A stretch of 25,870 bases of DNA from a virus (lineage: Duplodnaviria > Caudoviricetes), in IMG/VR virus record IMGVR_UViG_3300017971_000708, positions 1 through 25,870 of that record; one strand, 5' to 3'. The notes under the pieces were generated by a model. That model was given only the letters and a program-made list of their open reading frames with translations, was not told where the DNA came from and did not search any database. Positions within the stretch are counted from its first letter, which is position 1; every line of letters starts with the position of its first letter. The position numbers and the translations under genes are program-made. Positions 17,384-25,787 of this stretch are shown one piece after another.

Positions 17384-17875
17384 TCAGCGCTTTTGCCGGA
17401 TAGGTCGGATACTTGCCTTCCATTTATCGTGCAACTCAGGTTGCTCTTTTGCAACCTTTTTCATGGCCTCGGTCATGCTGATTTTTTCGTCTTTAGCCAG
17501 GGCCTTTGCTACACCCATGAAGTCCGCACCATCGCCGGTCGCCGCCTCGTTATGTTTAACGGCGTCGGCGCCTTCATCTTCGGTCGAAGCTTTTGCCTGA
17601 CTGTCGAGTTTGGATTTCAGCGCCAGATTTTCTTCTTTGCTTTCGGCTAATCGTTGCCGTAACACTTCGGCGTAAGCCGCCTTCGCCTGCTCAACAGTCG
17701 CGCCGGACTCATACTGGGCTACCGCAAACTCCAAATCGTCCGGGAAGGCCGACTTTAAGGCCGCGAACCTTTCTCGCTCATTTGTCGCAGTCGGCTGCGA
17801 AGCCAAAACCAAATCAGTTGTGGTTTCCTTACCTGCGGCTGCGTCTTGCCCGGCCCCTGTTCGTTCATTATCCAT
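17384..17875 (-). CDS. Nested in-frame scaffolding protein (lambda Nu3-like), 163 aa
   Basis: Internal GAAGGAGTAAATACC-ATG at 17875, right after the protease domain and linker. Confidence 0.7.
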   Translation of the reverse strand: MDNERTGAGQDAAAGKETTTDLVLASQPTATNERERFAALKSAFPDDLEFAVAQYESGATVEQAKAAYAEVLRQRLAESKEENLALKSKLDSQAKASTEDEGADAVKHNEAATGDGADFMGVAKALAKDEKISMTEAMKKVAKEQPELHDKWKASIRPIRQKR

Positions 17876-18706
17876 GGTATTTACTCCTTCTGATTTTGTA
17901 GTGTTTTTATTCGTCAACGAGCTTGCATTTCGAATCTTATCGACAAGCCCCAACAATTTTGCTTCCTTGGCTATCCATATCTGGCCGGTCGCCCATTCCC
18001 TTACTTCCCCGACCGGCTTGCCCCGGCCGTTTGCAACTGACTTAATAAAATTTTCGGCCAGGCCGTTTATGTACTTTTGCATATTGTCTATTTGCCCGGC
18101 GCTGATCTCGGCGCCTAAAACGCCCATACCCTTCAAATCTCCCGAGCGAATAACGTGTACCTTTACCCCGGCGCTTTCGGCGTTTTTTGAAAAGTCCGCA
18201 AAAACCGTGTAAACACCTATCGAGCCGACCCCGCTGTTGGCTCCCGTTATTATTTGTTTCGCCTGGCTCAACAACCAATAAGCACCGGAAAATCCGATGT
18301 CGCCGACCTGTGCTGTTACCTTCTTTTTTTCGCGTGCATTTACAATCACATCGGCCGTTTCAAGCACGCCGCCGACCTCGCCGCCAGGCGAATCAACGTC
18401 GAGCAATATAGACCTTATCTTTTTCTCGCCGACGGCTTTGTTTACCTGGTTTCTGATGTCGTTATAAGAGGTTGCTTCGATTCCGAACCACCTGAAAAAC
18501 GACGGCACCTCATTCATCAATACACCTTTTATCGGTATCACCGCGACGCCGTTTTCTACGCGCAGCGTTGCTTCTGTTTTGCCTACGTTAACCGAAACCA
18601 GCGGCGATTGCGATATTTCGGCCAGTCGCAACACAAGGGCGCTGAGAGCGCTCGGCTCCATTGCCCATGCCTGCTTTTGAAACTGTGCTAAAACCGCATT
18701 ATTCAT
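17384..18706 (-). CDS. S49 family prohead protease with C-terminal scaffold (lambda gpC-like)
   Basis: VAVIPIKG, LDVDSPGGEV, SGAYWL, VGSIGVY, EAKLLGLVD. Start placed at ATG 18706 (GAGG upstream). Confidence 0.92.
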   Translation of the reverse strand: MNNAVLAQFQKQAWAMEPSALSALVLRLAEISQSPLVSVNVGKTEATLRVENGVAVIPIKGVLMNEVPSFFRWFGIEATSYNDIRNQVNKAVGEKKIRSILLDVDSPGGEVGGVLETADVIVNAREKKKVTAQVGDIGFSGAYWLLSQAKQIITGANSGVGSIGVYTVFADFSKNAESAGVKVHVIRSGDLKGMGVLGAEISAGQIDNMQKYINGLAENFIKSVANGRGKPVGEVREWATGQIWIAKEAKLLGLVDKIRNASSLTNKNTTKSEGVNTMDNERTGAGQDAAAGKETTTDLVLASQPTATNERERFAALKSAFPDDLEFAVAQYESGATVEQAKAAYAEVLRQRLAESKEENLALKSKLDSQAKASTEDEGADAVKHNEAATGDGADFMGVAKALAKDEKISMTEAMKKVAKEQPELHDKWKASIRPIRQKR

Positions 18707-20189
18707 TTTTGTCATCCTCTTTTTTCCGGTCATCTTCATCGGCCCCGGCATCTTCTTTGTCTTTTGATTTTTTCGGGGCCACGCTTGCTTCTAGTCCGCA
18801 AAATATCTGCCACGGCACCTTGACGCCGGTGTCGGTCTCTATTTTTTGGGTTCTCTTAATCGCATCCCGAATCTCGGCATCTCTAACGGTTACTATGTCT
18901 TCGCGGTCAGCATTGAGAGATTTACAAACTTGGGTATGAGTAGAGAATCCCCTTTCAACCTTAGCGGAATACGCCTGTACTTCTTTTAATTGATCTATCC
19001 ACGGGAAAGTCGGCTTGATCCACCCGTGCTTCTTTCCGTCAGATCGCTTCTCAATTAAACCGGCCTTTTGCCACAGATTTATACGCCATTCTAAGAGAGG
19101 CCTGTAATACTCGTCATCAAGCGACTGCTGCCAGCCAATAAATGATTGATATGCCTGTTCCAATACCGCTCGACTCTGCGAATAATTGCTTTTGGTCCAG
19201 TCAAGCAAAATCAATTCGAGCGGCAAACCCAAGGGCAGGCCGAGCAGCCGGAGAAAAATCCGAAGGCTTTCCGAAAAATTTCTGCCTGGGATGTTTCTGT
19301 CGATACCAGAAACCGTTTCGCCGGGTCTGGCATGAAATACCAAAGCGTAATCCAACTCCGTCAATCGAGTTGTAAGTTCGCCGGATGTGTCGGTTCCTTC
19401 TTTGTTCGGGTCCGCCTTGCTTTCGCCCCAAGCCTTTTCCGGACCTTCCTCGCGGGTGATGGCAATCGCCATGTGTGCGAGCAGTTGCCAGGCTATCGCC
19501 TCCGAATCGCAAACGTCGTTTATCCGATGCAACATCGGGAAAACCGATTGGCAGGGGGGTACACCCCTCGTTGCTGATGGCCTGTCGGGGTCCGTGATAA
19601 AAAGGAAATCTACCGGACTGTATGCTGTTGGTGCGTTGGTTTGCAATCTGCCGCGATTATTATAGGCAGAAACATAAAATTCCATCGGCTTTCCATATTG
19701 GTCTTTTTTGACGCCATCCGGCGCCTCGCTTCGCTTACCCGCTATCTGCTCGGCCTCTATCAGTTGTATAAGCCCCCCCCTTACCTTTATGACGCCGGTG
19801 TCGCCGCAAACCAACGGCTCACGGCACACCATGCGATCTACTTTCCTGCCGGTTAAGAGTTGTCTTTTTTCCGGCCGGCGGTGTGCCTGGCGCCAGAGCG
19901 ATTCGGCTTTTTCATTATACTTTTTGCTTTTACTGCCCATTTGCAGCGTAAAGCCGTTGCCGATTATATAATTCACAGCCCGTTCAATCATGCCCTTATA
20001 AATAGCGTTGTCCCTTATAAAACTGCGGGATTGGTTGATGAGTTTTGCCCGGTCGTACTCTGCGTGTGCCGCCCCCGAACCGGCCGAATACGCCCTCCCC
20101 TCCTCCGATGCAACCCGGGCGGACCTGTACCCCAGGGCCGTATATGTGCCCCGTCTTACATCATCAATTCTGATGGTCTTGTCTCTCAT
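18699..20189 (-). CDS. Portal protein, lambda family
   Basis: 496 aa. L..QSR...RDNAI, RPSATRGVP, DWTKSNYSQSR, WIDQLKEVQA motifs. Confidence 0.95.
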   Translation of the reverse strand: MRDKTIRIDDVRRGTYTALGYRSARVASEEGRAYSAGSGAAHAEYDRAKLINQSRSFIRDNAIYKGMIERAVNYIIGNGFTLQMGSKSKKYNEKAESLWRQAHRRPEKRQLLTGRKVDRMVCREPLVCGDTGVIKVRGGLIQLIEAEQIAGKRSEAPDGVKKDQYGKPMEFYVSAYNNRGRLQTNAPTAYSPVDFLFITDPDRPSATRGVPPCQSVFPMLHRINDVCDSEAIAWQLLAHMAIAITREEGPEKAWGESKADPNKEGTDTSGELTTRLTELDYALVFHARPGETVSGIDRNIPGRNFSESLRIFLRLLGLPLGLPLELILLDWTKSNYSQSRAVLEQAYQSFIGWQQSLDDEYYRPLLEWRINLWQKAGLIEKRSDGKKHGWIKPTFPWIDQLKEVQAYSAKVERGFSTHTQVCKSLNADREDIVTVRDAEIRDAIKRTQKIETDTGVKVPWQIFCGLEASVAPKKSKDKEDAGADEDDRKKEDDKNE

Positions 20190-20458
20190 GCCAAGGCCCT
20201 GCCCTTAACAAACGAAACACGGTTTACCGCACTACCATTGGTGTTGATAAATTTTTTAAGCTCGTTGGCCTGTTTGTCCAGCGATTCATAATCTATCTGA
20301 CCTTTATCGCCCATTGAAATACTCTGCGGCCGATTTACTAAAAGCCATCGAATCGCCTCCAGTGCAAGTGCAGCCTTTGCCGGATTGCCGTCCCACGCGA
20401 GATTGTTGTTATACTGCGCCAGTACCTCTGCGCGAGTTGACGAACTTGTAATTGCCAT
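20186..20458 (-). CDS. Head-to-tail adaptor (gpW-like position)
   Basis: 90 aa immediately before the portal with ATGA overlap. Function by position. Confidence 0.6.
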   Translation of the reverse strand: MAITSSSTRAEVLAQYNNNLAWDGNPAKAALALEAIRWLLVNRPQSISMGDKGQIDYESLDKQANELKKFINTNGSAVNRVSFVKGRALA

Positions 20459-20471
20459 AATTTCAACCAAT

Positions 20472-20515
20472 AAAAAAGGCCGAGCTGTGAGAGGAGCGGC
20501 TCCGCACAGCCGGCC
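20472..20515 (-). terminator. Intrinsic terminator between the putative late promoter and the head operon
   Basis: GGCCGGCTGTGCGGAG-CCG-CTCCTCTCACAGCTCGGCC followed by TTTTTT. Confidence 0.7.
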
Positions 20516-20547
20516 AAATATCTTTTACCTGTAAACGTTACAACTCT

Positions 20548-20574
20548 ATCATAGCATAATCAGAGTCTTTTCAA
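20548..20574 (-). promoter_or_regulatory. Putative sigma70-type late promoter
   Basis: TG-C-TATGAT extended -10 (20553-20548) and TTGAAA (20574-20569) at a suboptimal 15-nt spacing. Confidence 0.5.
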
Positions 20575-20605
20575 TAAAAATCTTGGGTTTTTCCGAAAAT
20601 CTTTC

Positions 20606-20654
20606 CATATCTGTAAAAATCGGTATAAAATTTTTACATATCTGTAAAAATCGG
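20606..20654. promoter_or_regulatory. Tandem 18-bp direct repeat with internal dyad symmetry (candidate activator sites)
   Basis: CATATCTGTAAAAATCGG at 20606-20623 and 20637-20654 (31-bp period). The second copy overlaps the palindrome TTTTTACA-TATC-TGTAAAAA. Confidence 0.75.
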
Positions 20655-20657
20655 GAT

Positions 20658-20885
20658 CTAAATCTTTTTGCCCCGAACGGCATACCGCCATTTACAAACA
20701 GCCATTTGACACCGGCGATATTGTCTGTCGCCATTCGTGCTCAGTGCCAGCGTGTCTGTGCTGCCGCATCGTGGGCACCGACTCTTTGTCGGAAATGAAT
20801 ACACATCTTTTTTTTTCTTTGCCGGTTCCTGAGTTTCAATATTTGTTTTCTGTTTTTTGATTTCTGTCTTTTGTTTTTTTGACAT
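20658..20885 (-). CDS. Ogr/Delta-like C4 zinc-finger transcription activator
   Basis: CPRCGS...ST....QYRRCQMAVC matches the Ogr CxxC...CxxxxC spacing. AAAGGA SD before ATG 20885. Confidence 0.65.
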   Translation of the reverse strand: MSKKQKTEIKKQKTNIETQEPAKKKKDVYSFPTKSRCPRCGSTDTLALSTNGDRQYRRCQMAVCKWRYAVRGKKI

Positions 20886-20897
20886 CTTCAATCCTTT

Positions 20898-22841
20898 CTA
20901 ATACTTAGTTCTTATCTTCCGTTTGGTTTTTGGTTTTTGCGGACCTTTTGTCGTTGGCCTTGGCGGTCTCATCCGGTAAACGCCCAGATGGAACGCCGCC
21001 GCCGCGGCATAAACCGCCGTGTCGAGGTGGTGAGTCGGGCGGCCACCAACGACCGGTCGCCATACAAACTTGACCTGCCCCGTCTTTTTGTCGCGCTCTT
21101 TTACGCGGTGCTCGTTCGTAAATTCAGTGAAATACGTGTCCGGTATCTCGGCGTAATATTCGGTCTGTCTCTTGTCGCCCGGCTCGGCGGCGGCCCAGCC
21201 GGTAACCTGGTTTTTGAAAAAAGTGGTGTCCACCCAATACAAAATCAGTCCTCGGTTCTGAAATCTTTTGTGCGCAGTTTTTTCAAGACCGGTTGCAATC
21301 ACAGGCGATCTTTGATATTGTTTGCCGCGGACAGGGCAGCACCTGCCCGGGTGCCGCAGGCAGAAATCGAACACATCCGGCGAACCAAAACTTGCATCGA
21401 CAAAGACGATACGAACAGTCAGGTTCTTGTCGGTCTTATCCGGGTCGCTCCATTCCCAGGGGGCGTTTAGCACCACGTTCTCAAACGCCTCCCAACTCGT
21501 CAGGCTGCCGCTCGATACGACCCAGTTTCGGCCCTCGTAACCGAAACCGCGGACCTCGTAAACAATAGTAATATTGCCGGCGTGGCCTTTGTGATAATCG
21601 GCCGAGCCGATTAATACCTTGCAATCGGAAGGCACGGTCGCTTTGCTGAAGTCCCCGATGTGCTCGGCGAGTTTATGCCGCTCAATGTCAATTGCCTCCT
21701 CGGTCCATACCTGCGCCAGCACTTGGTTTTTGAACTCCCGAAGTTCGCCGAGCGCTATTCCCTCCGGTGTATTCTTCTCGAACCATTCCGCCGTCATCTC
21801 ATGCCACGGTATCCACGGGCTTATCATCTCGCCTATCCAGAAACCGACATGCCGCCGCCCTCGTTTCGGCCTTCCGCTCGCCATCACCCGCCGACCCTTC
21901 GCGTCAAATAAAATATAATCGCCGCCGGCATCTATTTTAAGCCCTTCCGGCACCCACACACCGGCGTCTGTCATATCAAACCGCTCATATTGTTCGATTC
22001 TGCCGCCGCATAACCGGCATTCATAATAAACACATTCTTTTTTTCTGATAATATCCGCATCCCGCATCTTCGCCGGCTCTACTTTCAACTGGCCAAATTC
22101 CATCCTGATAAATTCACCGCACCTCGGGCAGGGTGTAAAATACTGGAGCTTGTTTGACTTTTCGTAAGATTGGTTAATAAAACCGTCTTCCGTCGTAGGC
22201 GTACACAAATACACCACCTTAAAATAGCCGGCCGCCTGGAAGGTCTGGCCCCTTCGCATCGCCATCCGGATGGGGTTGCCCTCCCGGCCGACCGTGTATT
22301 TATATTTGTCCGTTTCATCGACAAACAACCGGCCTATCGCCTTTGACACCAGGCTCGAAACACTTTGCGACGAGCCGAAATAGATACTCATTCTGTTAAG
22401 CCGCTTTTCCTTTGAACTCATATCCCACGGCCTGCCGGTAACGTGCCTTGCCGTTGCCGGCGTACCGAGTATGGTCGGTTCTAATCTGTCGTCTGATATA
22501 TAATTACTGTTTGCATCGGTATCGGTAATATACAGGCACGGCACCGGGTCACAATCGATACTGTAAAGCATCATATTAATCACCGCCTCGGTTTTCGCGC
22601 ACTGGGCCGGCCCTGTAATGGTTATTTCCTCGACCTCCGGGTCGATATAAGCATCCATAACATCTTTCAGGTACGGTACCCTGTCCGTCCGCCACGGCCC
22701 CTGCTCTGCGCCCGTTACCACGCGGCGGTTGGCGTCCGCCCATCCAGACACCGTAATATCGGGTGGCGGCTCCCACGCCGACCGCTCAAGCGGCTTCCAC
22801 TTGAATTTTTTCCATGATTTTTTTTGTGCGACAACGATAGT
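20898..22841 (-). CDS. Terminase large subunit, gpA family (true start uncertain; first canonical start is GTG 22751)
   Basis: WEPPPDITVSGWAD, GPWRTDRVPYL, Walker A-like GPAQCAKTE, Walker B FVDETDKY, CTPT, CPRCGE/CRLCG zinc motif, HHLDTAVYA. Confidence 0.92.
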   Translation of the reverse strand, partial: TIVVAQKKSWKKFKWKPLERSAWEPPPDITVSGWADANRRVVTGAEQGPWRTDRVPYLKDVMDAYIDPEVEEITITGPAQCAKTEAVINMMLYSIDCDPVPCLYITDTDANSNYISDDRLEPTILGTPATARHVTGRPWDMSSKEKRLNRMSIYFGSSQSVSSLVSKAIGRLFVDETDKYKYTVGREGNPIRMAMRRGQTFQAAGYFKVVYLCTPTTEDGFINQSYEKSNKLQYFTPCPRCGEFIRMEFGQLKVEPAKMRDADIIRKKECVYYECRLCGGRIEQYERFDMTDAGVWVPEGLKIDAGGDYILFDAKGRRVMASGRPKRGRRHVGFWIGEMISPWIPWHEMTAEWFEKNTPEGIALGELREFKNQVLAQVWTEEAIDIERHKLAEHIGDFSKATVPSDCKVLIGSADYHKGHAGNITIVYEVRGFGYEGRNWVVSSGSLTSWEAFENVVLNAPWEWSDPDKTDKNLTVRIVFVDASFGSPDVFDFCLRHPGRCCPVRGKQYQRSPVIATGLEKTAHKRFQNRGLILYWVDTTFFKNQVTGWAAAEPGDKRQTEYYAEIPDTYFTEFTNEHRVKERDKKTGQVKFVWRPVVGGRPTHHLDTAVYAAAAAFHLGVYRMRPPRPTTKGPQKPKTKRKIRTKY

Positions 22842-23408
22842 TTAGTTTTTTCTTTTAGTTTTTATTTCTTTCCCGGCAAATGTATTTAATATATAATATA
22901 CCTCATCTCGAATAACCTTACTCATCTGCTGTATCGAGCGCCCCTTCAGTCTCGGCGGCAATTTCCGAACCATTCCAAGCATCGCTCGTTTGACCGCCAG
23001 TATCCTTTCAACCTGCTGGGTCTCAACCTGCTCAACCGGCACTAATAAGCCCTGCTTTTCCTTCAACTGTATCAGGGCCAACTGCCTTTTGACATCCTTA
23101 AACCCAATCTCTTGTGTCTTTAATTGTTTATTTAGTTCATCACCCTCGTTCATCCGCTTAAACTTGTCGAGCATTTGTTTGTTATAACCTACCTTGCCGC
23201 CGCCCAAATCAATAACCGGCATCCCCCGCGACTTCCACGCCCTTATAGTCCGGGTACTGACGTCGGCATACCTGGCCGCCTCGGCCTGGCTGTTAAAATC
23301 AGCCTGCGTTACAAAAGGTTTATCATTTTGAACTTTCTGATTTTTATTTTGTTTTTTCTTTGTAGTCTTTTTTTGGTCAACTTTACTCTCTATGAACTTA
23401 TCTTTCAT
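22842..23408 (-). CDS. Terminase small subunit (Nu1-like wHTH)
   Basis: SQAEAARYADVSTRTIRAWKSRGMP HTH, coiled coil, and G.LVPVE motif. Directly upstream of terL. Confidence 0.85.
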   Translation of the reverse strand: MKDKFIESKVDQKKTTKKKQNKNQKVQNDKPFVTQADFNSQAEAARYADVSTRTIRAWKSRGMPVIDLGGGKVGYNKQMLDKFKRMNEGDELNKQLKTQEIGFKDVKRQLALIQLKEKQGLLVPVEQVETQQVERILAVKRAMLGMVRKLPPRLKGRSIQQMSKVIRDEVYYILNTFAGKEIKTKRKN

Positions 23409-24172
23409 TTAATTATCCTCGTATCAGTATTCGTAAACGGCCAATTATTAAGATACCTCGCCAAGTCTCTTTTTACGTAGTAAGTTTTCCCGTATTCTTC
23501 ACATAAGGAAATTGCCATCTTGCCGAACGCCCGCCAATCGATTTTTTTGGCCCGCGCATCGTGGTTCCACTTGCCGATTTTATAGTGGTCCACAAACTCA
23601 TGCGTCTGTTTGATAATCTCTAACGACTGCGCCGAGTCGATCACCGGCTCCAGCGACACCCAAGTTTGCAGGCCCTTTTCCTTCGCCGTCTTTATCGCAT
23701 CGATGCGCTCGGCGGGCAGGGCCGCCCCCGGCTCCCACTCGGCCGAAAGGGCCGGGTCCAAAAAAGTCATCGTAGTTGCAAACGCATCGTATTTATCGTA
23801 CAGGTCAAAATCTCGCGCCGCACGCATACCGCCTTTTGTCAAGACCTGTATCGGTATCGAGTGCTTTTTTAGGATTAGTATCACCCTGCGCGTCAATTGC
23901 AGCGTATCGTCAAGCGGCTGGTACGGGTCGCACGTAAAACAAAGCAGCACCCGCTTATTGGTGCAAGCCAGGCGGGCTGCATCGGCTATGACAAGCCCCA
24001 GCAAGTCTTTTCTCGGGGTAATGACCGTGCGAAACGTATCGGCGTTTTTTCTCAATACGCCCGGCGCCCAGCAGTATTTGCAACCATGCGCACAGCCGGT
24101 ATACAGGTTGGCCGCCAACAGCGAATATTCTTTTGCCCTTCCCTTTGGCTCATAAATTACACTCATTCTCAT
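23405..24172 (-). CDS. Radical SAM protein (SPL-like clade)
   Basis: NLYTGCAHGCKYCWA (CxxxCxxC), TCDPYQP, LTKGG, WVSLEPVI. AAGGAG SD. Confidence 0.88.
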   Translation of the reverse strand: MRMSVIYEPKGRAKEYSLLAANLYTGCAHGCKYCWAPGVLRKNADTFRTVITPRKDLLGLVIADAARLACTNKRVLLCFTCDPYQPLDDTLQLTRRVILILKKHSIPIQVLTKGGMRAARDFDLYDKYDAFATTMTFLDPALSAEWEPGAALPAERIDAIKTAKEKGLQTWVSLEPVIDSAQSLEIIKQTHEFVDHYKIGKWNHDARAKKIDWRAFGKMAISLCEEYGKTYYVKRDLARYLNNWPFTNTDTRIIK

Positions 24173-24208
24173 GCGCTCCTTTTGTCTCTAAGTCCTCTGT
24201 ATCTATGG

Positions 24209-25351
24209 TTATATTCCGGACACCGGCATAATAACATGCGTTGTCTCATCATCTGTTAATACCAGCGGTTTATCTGAATCTGTAACCTCCAGCCGGAATT
24301 TTTCCAATGTTTTTAGCGCAGCCAAAAAATGCTTGCTCTTGACAGCTATTTCAAAATCGTCCGCCCCGTTCTTTGTGTCGCTTTCGATGGGAATTTTCAT
24401 GGAGGCGGTTCCCAACTTTTGGTTCTCGGAATCGAATATTACACAGCCAGTCTCACTGCTGATAATAATATTTTTTTCGTTTTCATAGTCGCCCTCCAAT
24501 ATCTTCGCCCGCCGAACCTGGCGAATTACTCTTTCAGCGTCAAAATATACACTGTGCTCACACCCTGCAGGAATCACCTCTTCATATTTTGGAAAATTAC
24601 CATCTATCAAAGGCCCAGTTATATACAATTTGTCTGTTTTGATAAATATGCCATTTTCCCCCAACTCCACCTTGCACACTTCATCTTCATCCGCCTCAAT
24701 ATGGGATAATAATACTACCGTTCGTTTGCTGATTATTTGTCTTTTGTTTGTTTGCACCTTTGATGTTTCTTTTTTTAATACGGTTTTCGCCAAATGCCTG
24801 CCGTTTGTCGCTACCATACTTATACCTTTGTCCCACAGCACACCATTTAGAGCGTATCTGCTTGAAGCCTAGGCATCAAGCGCACAAACCACTTTACCGG
24901 CTGCCTCCTGCAGCTCGGCGATTTTCATTTCTATCCCACCGTCCACGTTAAAACCAAACATACCGTCAGGGAACAAGGCGGGGTCAATCGCATTAAACCG
25001 ATAAACCCCGTCCATTGTGATTATTTCGTTGTGTTCTTTCATGTGCCTAATTACAATCTCATCATCGTCGGCCTGCGACACCGCCCTGTATAACTCGGCG
25101 CACGGCAGCGCAGCCTCAAAAAGTTTTTCGTTTATTTCAGACCGGCAGGCAATTTTTTTTTCGATTGCAACCTCCAAATCTGTTGCTCGCACACTACATT
25201 CATTCCCCCTTATTGCCAGGAGCGCACATTCCGTTGTCTGTTTTGGTGAATTTTTTGCCGCCACCATCTGTGCCAATTTCAAAGCATTTAACAATTCAAC
25301 TCTCTCGAACCTCACTTCGTTATTGTTTTCTTTTTTTGTTTTTTTACTCAT
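24209..25351 (-). CDS. dnaN: DNA polymerase III beta sliding clamp, 380 codons, interrupted by one in-frame TAG at 24871-24869 (read-through or pseudogene)
   Basis: ATDLEV, DPALFP, SRYALNGVL, VATNGRHLA, LIDGNFPKYEEVIP and VIMPV all lie in one frame across the TAG. Confidence 0.85.
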
Positions 25352-25369
25352 AGTCCATTCCTTTCTGTT

Positions 25370-25546
25370 TTAGCACCTTCTGTCATAAATATCATAAATT
25401 ATTTTTATATGTTTTTTTCTAAAGCAGCCCTTTGCTTTCCAATATTTGTTGATAGTTTCAATCCACCATATCTCCCTGCCTGTCAACCCTCTATCAACCG
25501 ATAATAGGTCGTCCAGGTGCGCCCTGGCCCTTTTTTGTTCACTCAT
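25370..25546 (-). CDS. Small hypothetical protein (58 aa, MSEQKRARAHLDDLLSVDRGLTGREIWWIETINKYW...), absent from the ORF track
   Basis: Translated by hand. AAGGTG upstream. Fills the gap between neighbours. Confidence 0.6.
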   Translation of the reverse strand: MSEQKRARAHLDDLLSVDRGLTGREIWWIETINKYWKAKGCFRKKHIKIIYDIYDRRC

Positions 25547-25550
25547 TTTT

Positions 25551-25787
25551 TCACCTTCTTTTTTTAAACTTGTGTCGCAGACTGTAGTTCTCCAAACGAA
25601 GTAAATGATTGTTATACAAAATCTTTGACATCTGCCTGTTTGTTATCCTCCTTTCATGTGCCCGACCGTCCTCATACTGTTTTGCAAATTTTCTGTTTAA
25701 CCGCGATTTTGTTATCACCCGAAAGTCGATCCCCGACACCCAAAATCCCTCAACCTTTAATTTTATTTTGGCCAAAAGTTTTACCAT
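25551..25787 (-). CDS. Small basic hypothetical protein
   Basis: 78 aa with a GAGGTGA SD. Confidence 0.55.
   Translation of the reverse strand: MVKLLAKIKLKVEGFWVSGIDFRVITKSRLNRKFAKQYEDGRAHERRITNRQMSKILYNNHLLRLENYSLRHKFKKRR

Noticed and set aside
20549-20734. 61-aa minus-strand ORF across the late regulatory region
   Set aside because: It overlaps the zinc-finger gene, operator repeats and promoter, with no SD or motif.
6-25373. Numerous plus-strand ORFs (e.g. 11215-11988, 20937-21470, 23610-24155, 9242-9736)
   Set aside because: All are antisense to well-supported minus-strand genes and show no recognisable motifs; they are shadow ORFs.
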